Shown one piece after another: positions 9,193-18,179 of a DNA stretch of 64,000 nt; positions within the stretch are counted from its first letter, which is position 1, and every line of letters starts with the position of its first letter. Origin of the DNA: Candidatus Iainarchaeum sp. Its GTDB lineage: Archaea; Iainarchaeota; Iainarchaeia; Iainarchaeales; JAFGBZ01. Under the pieces are notes generated by a model. It saw nothing but the letters and a program-made list of their open reading frames with translations, made no database searches and was not told the DNA's origin. The stretch is from positions 15,499 to 79,498 of the forward strand of contig JBDRGO010000007.1 in the NCBI GenBank assembly GCA_043817715.1, given 5' to 3'. The position numbers and the translations under genes were made by a program.

Positions 9193-12051
9193 TTATTTTG
9201 ATTTTAATTTAATGAAAAATTCCCTTTCAATTAATTTTTCTTTTTCCCCGTTTCCGTGAATTATTTTTGTATTTGTTTCTGATTCAATTTTTTCCTTAAA
9301 TGATGCAATGAAAGCTGAATCACTGCAGTTTAATTCCAATTCAGCTTTCTGGTCAGGGGTTAAATTTGCTTTTTTTCTTAAATCCTGAATCCTGCGCTTT
9401 AATTCCATAAATTCCCATTCATTTCTGAGTTCATCATCTGCCTCATTATTTAATGCAACAGAAATTTTTTCATCAACCTGCCTTGAAGGGAATTTCACTG
9501 CTTTCTTTGATTCAACTGCTTTTTTTACATTAACCATTTTCTGCATTAACAAAAGCGTTTTCGGAAATTCCTTTCCTGTTTTGGTTACAATAATTAATTC
9601 ATTCAACGGCCATCTCAATCGAAGCTTTAATTCTTCACGCAAACTTAATGCTGACTGAACAGCATCTTTTGCCTTAATGAATTCCTTTTCCAGTTCTTCA
9701 TCAATTAATGCATCATTTACTTTATTGAACTGAACCAAATGCACTGATTCCTCAAAATCAGATGCCTTTGCCTTTGAATAAATATATTCACTGAAATGAG
9801 GCGCAATCGGAGCCATTAATTTAACCAAGGAATAAATCACATAAGAAAAAACCCTGGATAATTCCTCCTGCGATACAGAAGAAGTTCTTTCCCTGATTAA
9901 TTTAATGTAATTCCTTGACAAATCCTCTAAAACAAATTCCTCAATTAACTGGGAAACTTTATTGTAATTGAATTTATTATAGCATTCAATGCATTCTTTT
10001 CCCAAAGAATTAATTCTGGACAAAATCCATTTGTCTTCAACAGGAAGCTTTTCCAGATTAACAGTGGGATTTTCCTCAAATTTCAAATCCAGATACATTG
10101 CACCGAAACTAATTGAATTCCATAAAATATTGAAGAAACGGTTAATGTCATCAAATGAATTCCATGAAAAAGAAATATCCTCCCCTTTCACTTCCCTTGC
10201 AATAAACCATCTCAAATAATCCCTGTTATACTTGTCAATGACTTCCTTTGGAGTAATAATGTTTCCCAAAGACTTGGACATCTTTTTTTTGCCTAAATCC
10301 AATACCATGCCATGCATGAAAATTGACTTGAACGGCTTTTTATCAAAACAAATAACTGAAGTAATTAACTGTGAATTCCACCATCCCCTGATTTGGTCTT
10401 TTCCCTCTAAATTAAAATCCGAGGGCCAGTATTTATTGAATAAATCAGCTTTGGCAGGATAACCTAATGAACCCCAAGAGCTTGCGCCTGAATCAAACCA
10501 TACATCCAGTACTTCCGGCACCCTGTTCATCTGCCCCTGGCATTTCTTGCATTTAATTTTTACTTCATCAATCCAGGGCTTATGCAAATCCAAATCACTT
10601 GAAGCAGAAGAAAATGACTGAAGTTCAGCAAGCGAACCAACAACCAATTGCTCCTTGCATCCTTCACAAACCCAAATCGGCAAAGGAGTTCCCCAATAAC
10701 GTTGCCTTGAAACAGGCCAGTCCCCTAACTGCTCTAACCAATTATTGAACCTGTCAAAGCCCCATGAAGGAACCCAATTAACTTCCTTATTTAATTCTTT
10801 AAGTCTTTCCCTTATCTCAGTTATGCGGAAAAACCACTGGTCTGAAGAAATCATTAATAAAGGGGATTTGCATCTCCAGCACACAGGATAATCATGCGTA
10901 AAAGGATGCTTAAACACCAAAGCATTATGTTTTTTTAAGTCCTCAATTATTTCCGCATCAACTGCACGGGCTTTTTTTCCCTTATATTTTCCTGCCTCTT
11001 CAAGCATTGTTCCGCTTAAATCAACAGGAGAAATTACAGGCAAACCAGCCTTTGTTCCTGCATCAAAATCCTCTTTTCCATGCCCGGGAGCAGTATGAAC
11101 CAAACCGGTTCCGGCAGTCAAATCAACATATCTTTCATTTAAAATAACTGTATGCAGATTAGGAAGCTTCGGCTTATTGAATTCTTTTTCCAATGAATCC
11201 AAATATTTTTTTCCTTCCAGTTCCGCACCCAAAAATTCTGATTCAATTGAATAACCTGCCTCAACTGCATCCATTAATTCCTGAATTCTTTCCTTTGCAA
11301 TAATCCATTTCTCTCCATTGGATAATTTTAATTTCACATAAGTGAATTTCGGATGAACCATTACCCCAGTGTTTCCAGGCAAAGTCCAAGGAGTAGTAGT
11401 CCACACAATTAAGTAAGTTTTCGGCTCATCAATTAATTCATATTTAAAATAAATTGATTCATCTGTCTGCTTTACATATTCAATTTCATTATATGCAACA
11501 GCGGTTTCACATGAAGGACAGGCATGAATCGGGTATTTTCCCAAATAAAGCAGGTTCTTTTCCTGCGCTTTCTTAAAAGTCCACCATAAAGCCTCAATAT
11601 ACTGATTATTGCAAGTAATGTAAGGATTATTCCAATCCATCCATACCCCTAAATTATCAAATTCATCATTCATTACATCAATGAATTCAGTTGCAAATTT
11701 CCTGCATTCCTTAATGAAATTCCCTACCCCGAATTTTTCAATGTCTTCCTTTGTTTTCAAGCCAAGCTTGCCTTGAACCTTATGCTCTATCGGCAAACCA
11801 TGAGTGTCATAACCAGGCTGGTCCAAGCAGTCAAAGCCCTGCATTCTTTTCATTCGAATTGAAAGGTCCTTTAAAATTTTATTCAATGCAGTGCCCATAT
11901 GAATATGCCCTGAAGCATAAGGCGGGCCGTCCATTAAGTAAAACGTTTTATTTCCTTCATGGATTTTCCTTGCTTTTCCAACAATATCCTTGCTTTTCCA
12001 GAAAGCACGGACTTCCTCTTCTTTTTCCCTTGAATAATTATCTATTTTCAT
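9193..12051 (-). CDS. ileS: Isoleucyl-tRNA synthetase
   Basis: DGPPYASGHIHMGT (HIGH-like), GYDTHGLPIE, WTTTPWTLP, SRQRYWG, KMSKS. Confidence 0.96.
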   Translation of the reverse strand: MKIDNYSREKEEEVRAFWKSKDIVGKARKIHEGNKTFYLMDGPPYASGHIHMGTALNKILKDLSIRMKRMQGFDCLDQPGYDTHGLPIEHKVQGKLGLKTKEDIEKFGVGNFIKECRKFATEFIDVMNDEFDNLGVWMDWNNPYITCNNQYIEALWWTFKKAQEKNLLYLGKYPIHACPSCETAVAYNEIEYVKQTDESIYFKYELIDEPKTYLIVWTTTPWTLPGNTGVMVHPKFTYVKLKLSNGEKWIIAKERIQELMDAVEAGYSIESEFLGAELEGKKYLDSLEKEFNKPKLPNLHTVILNERYVDLTAGTGLVHTAPGHGKEDFDAGTKAGLPVISPVDLSGTMLEEAGKYKGKKARAVDAEIIEDLKKHNALVFKHPFTHDYPVCWRCKSPLLMISSDQWFFRITEIRERLKELNKEVNWVPSWGFDRFNNWLEQLGDWPVSRQRYWGTPLPIWVCEGCKEQLVVGSLAELQSFSSASSDLDLHKPWIDEVKIKCKKCQGQMNRVPEVLDVWFDSGASSWGSLGYPAKADLFNKYWPSDFNLEGKDQIRGWWNSQLITSVICFDKKPFKSIFMHGMVLDLGKKKMSKSLGNIITPKEVIDKYNRDYLRWFIAREVKGEDISFSWNSFDDINRFFNILWNSISFGAMYLDLKFEENPTVNLEKLPVEDKWILSRINSLGKECIECYNKFNYNKVSQLIEEFVLEDLSRNYIKLIRERTSSVSQEELSRVFSYVIYSLVKLMAPIAPHFSEYIYSKAKASDFEESVHLVQFNKVNDALIDEELEKEFIKAKDAVQSALSLREELKLRLRWPLNELIIVTKTGKEFPKTLLLMQKMVNVKKAVESKKAVKFPSRQVDEKISVALNNEADDELRNEWEFMELKRRIQDLRKKANLTPDQKAELELNCSDSAFIASFKEKIESETNTKIIHGNGEKEKLIEREFFIKLKSK

Positions 12052-12179
12052 TCTAAGCCCTTTTATAATTCATATAATATAATTAAACTCTTATAATTCA
12101 CCTTGAAAAGGAATAAAAAGGTTACAACAAAACAAAAAACAATAACTAACAAGCCACAGCAAAACAAAGAAATACAGGA

Positions 12180-13094
12180 ATGGACAATATTTCAATTACT
12201 ATGATTCTTCGCATAACTAAAGCAGTCCAAAACTTGTGGAACAGAACATTTAACAAGCCAATTAATTGGGTTGAATTTCATGCAAAAAGAACAGATGGCT
12301 GGTTTCAGACAGCAAAAAACATGTCAGAAAACCATGAAAAATTCATTCAGGCATTTAAGCCAAAAAAAGCATCTGAATCATTCAGCATTGAAATGATTAA
12401 CACAAAACATGAATCTGATTATGCTTTGGCATTAATTCCTGCACAAGCAATTGATTTCACTGAATCAATGCTTCCGCAATTAAAACTTGGAATGGATAAA
12501 AAAAGCAGAAGCATTATTGTTGAAGCAATCCAGTGCTCTGAAAAGGAACTGGCAAAAAAAATCAATGAAGAATTAGGTCAAAAAGGGCCGTGGGCTAATT
12601 TTCTTTTAAGGGAACTGGAAGATTATTCCAAAAAAAATAGATATGCACAAATTAAAATCCGCAAGCCTGAAACGCTTCACAATTACCATAAACCAATTAT
12701 TGCCCTGCCAGAAAAAGAAAGAAGAAAAGTTTACAGAAGACCCAAAGGAATAATTTCCAGATTAAAAAAAGCAGAAGAAAGTTCAGGAAAAAAAAATAAA
12801 AAAGTTGGTTTATCTCAAGAAGAAGCAGAAGCATTAAATGGAAATGAGACTATTAAAAAATTCATTACCGCAAGAAAGGAAGAAAACCAAACACATTTTG
12901 AATTAGACCCAAAAGTGATGAATGAATACAAATCAGAAAATAAACTGGAGAATGCATTGCTAGTCCTGATTTATTCGCATGCTGAAGAAAAAAGAAGAAA
13001 AGCAGTTCAGGAATCCATGCGCAAGCTTTATTATGGCACAGCAAGAGGATGCAATTATACGGAAGAAAGGGACTATTTTGTAAAAGAATTATAA
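12180..13094 (+). CDS. Hypothetical basic protein
   Basis: 304-aa ORF, no recognisable motif. Confidence 0.65.
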   Translation: MDNISITMILRITKAVQNLWNRTFNKPINWVEFHAKRTDGWFQTAKNMSENHEKFIQAFKPKKASESFSIEMINTKHESDYALALIPAQAIDFTESMLPQLKLGMDKKSRSIIVEAIQCSEKELAKKINEELGQKGPWANFLLRELEDYSKKNRYAQIKIRKPETLHNYHKPIIALPEKERRKVYRRPKGIISRLKKAEESSGKKNKKVGLSQEEAEALNGNETIKKFITARKEENQTHFELDPKVMNEYKSENKLENALLVLIYSHAEEKRRKAVQESMRKLYYGTARGCNYTEERDYFVKEL

Positions 13095-13135
13095 TTGACC
13101 GAAAAGATTTAATAAAAAATAAGGAATAGTTTAAT

Positions 13136-14173
13136 ATGATTAAATTAATCAGCATTAAAACGATTCATGAAAGAATTCACAGAAACGAGGGCAATGTTCT
13201 CCTGACAGCCGCCCAAATCCAAAAACGCTATCCAAATGAAATACAACTACAAAAAGGAAACAGCTATGCCATAAGCAGGCATGTGCCCGAAGACATAGCA
13301 AATAAATTCATTGAAGAACAAATAGCGCTTAAAGAAGGAATCACGCATAATGATTTATGCAAAGAACTCGGCATTACTCCAAATTCAAAAAAAATGCCTC
13401 TCTTTAAAAACCAGCGGAGAAAAGCAGGAAGAATTATTTATTATAGCCAAGAAGATGCAGAAAAAATAAGAAAATATTATACAAGAAGATATGGCTGGCG
13501 CACCACTGATGAATTAGCAAAATTTTTAGGCGTGGATAAAACCGCAATCCTTATATTTTTTGAAAACCCTGAAAATGCCCAAAAATATTCCCATTTTATT
13601 AGAAGATATCCTAAAAAAAATGTTTTCAACCCTGAATTTTTTGAAGCTTATACCGGGGGAAACCGAAAAGAAGCATCTCAATTAGAAGAAGAAATAACTG
13701 AATATTACAATAATTTCGTAACAACAAGAACAAGAAATACACGCAAAAAAGGAATTGATAAAATTACAGCCCAGGATATTGAAGAAGAAATTAAACTGCT
13801 GAAAAAAAAATATTCCGCAAAAACAAGGGATGTTTCTTTCCTTGACAAGCTTGAAGAAGAAGACGAAAGCATAGACTCATTAGATGAAAGACTGCAAAAA
13901 GGCAACAAAAGAAAGCCGAAAACAAGGCCAGAAAGATTAAGACTCTATGCATTAATTCATTTTTGCAAAAGAAAAAGGCTTTTTGCAACTGAAGAAAAAT
14001 TAATTCAGATAGCAGTAACCTTTGGAATATTAAAAAACGACAGAGAATTCAAAACCATTATAACTGAATTAATTGATTTAGGCGCAATAAGCAAATCAAG
14101 AAAAGTAAATAAAAAAGCAACACGTGAACCGGCAAACAGACCATGGAAAGTATCCGAAAGATTTTTAGAATAA
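13136..14173 (+). CDS. Hypothetical protein with HTH-like repeats
   Basis: ITHNDLCKELGITPNS and RTTDELAKFLGVDKTAIL look like excisionase/MerR-type HTHs; possible C-terminal winged helix. Confidence 0.55.
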   Translation: MIKLISIKTIHERIHRNEGNVLLTAAQIQKRYPNEIQLQKGNSYAISRHVPEDIANKFIEEQIALKEGITHNDLCKELGITPNSKKMPLFKNQRRKAGRIIYYSQEDAEKIRKYYTRRYGWRTTDELAKFLGVDKTAILIFFENPENAQKYSHFIRRYPKKNVFNPEFFEAYTGGNRKEASQLEEEITEYYNNFVTTRTRNTRKKGIDKITAQDIEEEIKLLKKKYSAKTRDVSFLDKLEEEDESIDSLDERLQKGNKRKPKTRPERLRLYALIHFCKRKRLFATEEKLIQIAVTFGILKNDREFKTIITELIDLGAISKSRKVNKKATREPANRPWKVSERFLE

Positions 14174-14236
14174 AAAAAAATTGATAAATCAAGCTACATC
14201 CGGCAAATTCTCTGATGCAAAATGGCAAGGAAAATT

Positions 14237-14311
14237 TGGAGATAGGCGGATTTGAACCGCCGACCCTTGGTGTATAAGACCAATGCTCTAGCCAGGCTGA
14301 GCTATACCTCC
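14237..14311 (-). tRNA. tRNA-Ile, anticodon UAU
   Basis: Minus strand folds as GGAGGTA/TATCTCC acceptor, GCTC/GAGC D-stem, TTGGT-CTTATAC-ACCAA anticodon arm, GGCGG-TTCAAAT-CCGCC T-arm; A73, no intron, CCA not encoded. Confidence 0.93.
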
Positions 14312-14367
14312 TTAAACTTTAATATTAAAAATCAACAAAAGTTTAAAAACAAAACAATTGCAGGGAA

Positions 14368-14748
14368 TTACTGTATGCCAGATTTTTCTGAAGGTTTTTC
14401 TTCCCTTGGAATTATTTCTTTGCTCAACATATTTTCAGTGTTTGCTTCAATGCTTTCCTGTATTTCAGTAATTTTTCCAAACCTTCCAATGTTTATCCTT
14501 AAAGAGTTTTTGAACAAAGAAGAAAAGCCGTTTTCCAGAGAATAATTTTTTCCTGCCAAAACCTGGCTTATTGTGTCATCCCATAAAGTCAGCAAAACCA
14601 TTCCAGAATCATCAGCGATTTTTGCTTCGCATACTTTATGATTTTTACTGTCAAGCTTTGACTGAACATCCCTTGATTCAGTTACTTCAATTGCTTTAAA
14701 TTTTAATTCAATTTTTTTCATATAAGGCCTTAATTCATTTATTTTCAT
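14368..14748 (-). CDS. ssb: Single-stranded DNA-binding protein (single OB fold)
   Basis: MKINEL, IADDSG-x-V-x-LTLWD, F-x-x-x-LRINIGRFG typical of archaeal SSB/RPA OB folds. Confidence 0.82.
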   Translation of the reverse strand: MKINELRPYMKKIELKFKAIEVTESRDVQSKLDSKNHKVCEAKIADDSGMVLLTLWDDTISQVLAGKNYSLENGFSSLFKNSLRINIGRFGKITEIQESIEANTENMLSKEIIPREEKPSEKSGIQ

Positions 14749-14902
14749 AATAAAATCACCAAATAAAAATAAAGCAAAAAGAATAAAAGAACCTTTTTTC
14801 AGGGAAAAAAAAGTTTGCGAAAAAAAACAAGAAAAAAAAGGAGAAAAAATAAAAAAAAGAGAAAAAAAATAAAAAAAATGAAAAGCCTGAAAAATGGCTT
14901 TT

Positions 14903-15571
14903 TTATTTCAAATCTTTTTTCATATCATCAACCAATTGCCTTGCTTCGTCCTTGAATGACAATCCAAAGCTTATTCCGACAATTATTGCAGCCATGAACA
15001 TGAATGTGCCGATTGCAATAAGGAACGCTGTTTCAAGCAATGCAACATCAAAGCCTGCATTTTTTAAACCAAGAACTGTTGCCAAAAACACAGTGATGAT
15101 ATAAACTGCTTTTGAAAGCACTTTCTTTTTCTTAAATGAAGTCTGGTTAATTTTGTTTTCAATTATTTTTGCTACAATCAAGCCCAAAACAACAAGAACA
15201 AGCGCCCCAAGAAGCTTTAACATCATGCTGTAAAGAGTTAATGAAAACACTTCAATTGTTTTGAATGGAATGAAACCTAAAGCCAGTGCAAATACAAAGA
15301 AAAATGTATACCACTTGACAAAGCTTCCAACAACGCTTGATAAAGGCAGCCCTCCGACAGCGCCAACCAAATTATGGTCTTTTGCCCAGTCATCAAGCTT
15401 CAATATATTAAGCACTTTGCTGACAATGCTTTTTAGAATTACACCCAAAAACCAGCCGACAATTATTACAATTATTGCCGCAACAAACCAGAAGCTCAAT
15501 CCTAAAAACTTCGGAACTTCAGCTGCAATAAACTCATTCAGTCCAATCTCAAACGGATTTGATATACCCAT
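14903..15571 (-). CDS. Membrane protein with MscS-associated TM-helix repeats (CmpX-like)
   Basis: Five hydrophobic segments, AAIIVIIVGWFLG and GISFGLSFKD patterns. Confidence 0.65.
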   Translation of the reverse strand: MGISNPFEIGLNEFIAAEVPKFLGLSFWFVAAIIVIIVGWFLGVILKSIVSKVLNILKLDDWAKDHNLVGAVGGLPLSSVVGSFVKWYTFFFVFALALGFIPFKTIEVFSLTLYSMMLKLLGALVLVVLGLIVAKIIENKINQTSFKKKKVLSKAVYIITVFLATVLGLKNAGFDVALLETAFLIAIGTFMFMAAIIVGISFGLSFKDEARQLVDDMKKDLK

Positions 15572-15640
15572 AAATAAATCACCTGATAAACAAAATATTT
15601 TCTCATATATAAAGGTTATGTTTAATTGAAGAGTAGAAAA

Positions 15641-15696
15641 AAACTCAAAAAAATTAAAATAAATTTAAAAACTCAAAAAAATTAAAATAAATTTAA
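15641..15696. repeat. 28-bp tandem duplication
   Basis: aaactcaaaaaaattaaaataaatttaa twice in tandem. Confidence 0.75.
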
Positions 15697-15710
15697 CTTT
15701 TTTTAATTAA

Positions 15711-16256
15711 TTACGTTTTAATTAATTCATTTATTTTTTCAGACAAATCTTTTTTTGTTCCGCTATTCAGTAATTCATAATCAGCTAAAGAAATTAATTC
15801 AGTTAATCCTTTTTTTTGTGAGTCAATTTTGTCTCTTGAAAAAAATTCTTCTTTATTTTGAGGGTCAATATTGCTTTTTCTTTCAAATCTTTCATTTTGC
15901 TTAGCAGTGACTGCGACTAATTTTGCTTCAGGAAAAACCTCTTTAACTGAATAAAATTCTTCTTTGCTTCTTGCACCAACCAAAACCAAATTTGTTTCTT
16001 TTTCTTTATTTTCAGCTCTAAATGCTTTAACTTCCTTCAGTAATTCAATTGCAACTGCATTCATTCCTTTTAGTGCACGAAGTTCATCGCCTAATTTAAC
16101 TAAATTCATTTTAGTTGGCTCCAGATTTTTTTCTTTTGCCATTTTTACAAGAACATCAGAAAAAACAAATTTTTTGAAATTAAATTCTTTAATCAAATAA
16201 TCTGCTGCAGTGTCTTTTCCTGAACGAGCAAATCCAACTAATACAATGCATTGCAT
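15711..16256 (-). CDS. P-loop nucleotide kinase (dephospho-CoA kinase-like / UPF0200)
   Basis: LVGFARSGKDT P-loop, GARS-x-x-E, ADYELLNSGT; start moved to MQCIV. Confidence 0.7.
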   Translation of the reverse strand: MQCIVLVGFARSGKDTAADYLIKEFNFKKFVFSDVLVKMAKEKNLEPTKMNLVKLGDELRALKGMNAVAIELLKEVKAFRAENKEKETNLVLVGARSKEEFYSVKEVFPEAKLVAVTAKQNERFERKSNIDPQNKEEFFSRDKIDSQKKGLTELISLADYELLNSGTKKDLSEKINELIKT

Positions 16257-16392
16257 GAAGAAAATAAAGGAAGAAGAAATTAATAAATGTAATTCATAAG
16301 GCAATTGTTCAATACAAAAAACACATGTTCAATTAAATGAACAATAAAAAATAAAAAAAAGAAGCAGATAAAAAAAAGTAAAGGAATGATTA

Positions 16393-18039
16393 CTACATCA
16401 TTCCATCCATTCCGCCCATTCCTGGAGGCATTCCTCCAGGTGGTCCTGAGCTTCTGCTTGTTCCTGCAACAATATCGTCAATGCGCAACAGCATTTCAGC
16501 CACTTCTGTTGCTGAAGTTACTGCCTGTTTTTTGATTGCAAGCGGTTCAATTACTTTCAATGCTTTCATGTCAGCAACTTTTCCTTTGTATACATCAATC
16601 CCCATGTATTTGCCTGTTTTTCCTTGGTGCTTTGAACGCAAATCAACTAATGCATCAATTGCATCCATTCCAGCTGATTCAGCCAGGGTTCTGGGAATTA
16701 TTTCAAGTGTTTCAGAAAACAATTCAATTGCCAGCTGCTCTCTTCCGCCGACTGTTTTTGCATAATCCTTTAATTTCAGTGAAACTTCCATTTCGCTTGA
16801 GCCTCCTCCTGAAACAACTTTGCCTGATTTAATTGAAGAAGTAACTGCTCCGATTGCATCAACCATTGCCCTTTCTGCTTCATCAATTACATGCTCTGTT
16901 CCTCCACGGATTAAAATTGTGACTGCTTTAGGATTTTTGCACCCTTCAACGAAAACCATTTGGTCTCCTGAAATTTTTTTCTCTGAAACCATTCCGGCTG
17001 TCCCTAAATGCTCTTTGCTTAATCCTTCCAAACGAGAAACAACTTTTCCGCCTGTTGCTTTAGCCAATGCATCCATGTCAGATTTTTTTACTCTTCTTAC
17101 TGCCATTATTCCTTCCTGTGCCAAAAAATGCTGTGCCATGTCATCAATTCCTTTCTGGCAAAAAATAACATTTGCGCCTGAATCCTTAACACGTGAAACC
17201 ATTTTCTGAAGCATTTTTTCTTCCTGATCCAAAAAAGCCTCTAACTGCATCGGGTCAGAAATCTGGATTTTTGTATCTGTTTCAGGGGATTTGATTTCCA
17301 AAGCAGAATCAATTAAGGCAATTTTTGCTTTCTCTAATTTTTTAGGCATTCCAGTATGGACAATTTCTTTGTCAATAACCAATCCTGAAATCATTTCTGA
17401 TTCAGCTAATGAAGCGCCCTGCTTTTTTTCCAGTTTAATCATGTCCTTGTCAATCACAGTTGCATTGTTTTCTGTTTCTGCAACCTGCATTACTGCTTTC
17501 ACAACCAAGTCAGCCAGTTCTTCTGCTGATTCAGCTGCTTTTCCAGTCATTGAAGTCAAGGCAATTTCCTTTAATGCCTTTTTGTCTTTTGCATCAATTT
17601 CATCACTTATTTCTTCAAAAAATTCAGCTGCTTTTTTTGCAGCCATTCTATATCCTTTAATTATTAATGAAGGATGTATTCCGTCATCCAATAATTTTTC
17701 TGCTTTTCCAAGCAATCCGCCTGCCAAAACAACTGCTGTTGTTGTTCCGTCCCCTACTTCATTGTCCTGTGTTTTAGCCAAATCAACCATCATTTTTCCC
17801 GCAGGATGGTCAATGCTCATTTCACTTAAAATTGTTGCACCGTCATTGGAAATTGTTACATCGCCTAATTCGTCAACAATCATTTTATCCATTCCCTTTG
17901 GACCCAAAGTGGATTTAACTGCATTAGCCACTGCCTTAGCAATTAAAATATTTATTCTTTGGGCATCCCTTCCCAAAACTCTTTTTGAGCCATCGCTCAA
18001 AAACATTACTTGCTGGTTCATTTGATCATTTTGTGCCAT
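16393..18039 (-). CDS. ths: Thermosome subunit (group II chaperonin)
   Basis: TLGPKGMDKM, GDGTTTAVV, LRIDD, GGM-rich tail; GGAGTGA SD before ATG 18039. Confidence 0.96.
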   Translation of the reverse strand: MAQNDQMNQQVMFLSDGSKRVLGRDAQRINILIAKAVANAVKSTLGPKGMDKMIVDELGDVTISNDGATILSEMSIDHPAGKMMVDLAKTQDNEVGDGTTTAVVLAGGLLGKAEKLLDDGIHPSLIIKGYRMAAKKAAEFFEEISDEIDAKDKKALKEIALTSMTGKAAESAEELADLVVKAVMQVAETENNATVIDKDMIKLEKKQGASLAESEMISGLVIDKEIVHTGMPKKLEKAKIALIDSALEIKSPETDTKIQISDPMQLEAFLDQEEKMLQKMVSRVKDSGANVIFCQKGIDDMAQHFLAQEGIMAVRRVKKSDMDALAKATGGKVVSRLEGLSKEHLGTAGMVSEKKISGDQMVFVEGCKNPKAVTILIRGGTEHVIDEAERAMVDAIGAVTSSIKSGKVVSGGGSSEMEVSLKLKDYAKTVGGREQLAIELFSETLEIIPRTLAESAGMDAIDALVDLRSKHQGKTGKYMGIDVYKGKVADMKALKVIEPLAIKKQAVTSATEVAEMLLRIDDIVAGTSRSSGPPGGMPPGMGGMDGMM

Positions 18040-18179
18040 AAAAATCACTCCTTTTAAAACAAAAAAATTAGTTAATTTCTTGTGAAATAATTGCTGGATA
18101 TAAATGTTTAAAAACCTGTACTTGCTGATGGATATAGGTGTTGGGTTTTATGAGAGTTAATTTTAATTTAAAAAAAATT

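Noticed and set aside
12052..14237. Integrated element at the tRNA-Ile 3' end
   Set aside because: No duplicated tRNA 3' fragment seen near 12060-12180 and no integrase; only two orphans, one with HTH-like motifs.
14760..14900. A-rich tract as a functional repeat
   Set aside because: Low complexity; reads as oligo-T on the coding strand, consistent with ordinary archaeal termination regions, and has no defined unit.
17291..18025. Long antisense ORFs (also 1785-2240, 57485-57997, 62246-62656 and others)
   Set aside because: Shadow frames opposite well-supported conserved genes.
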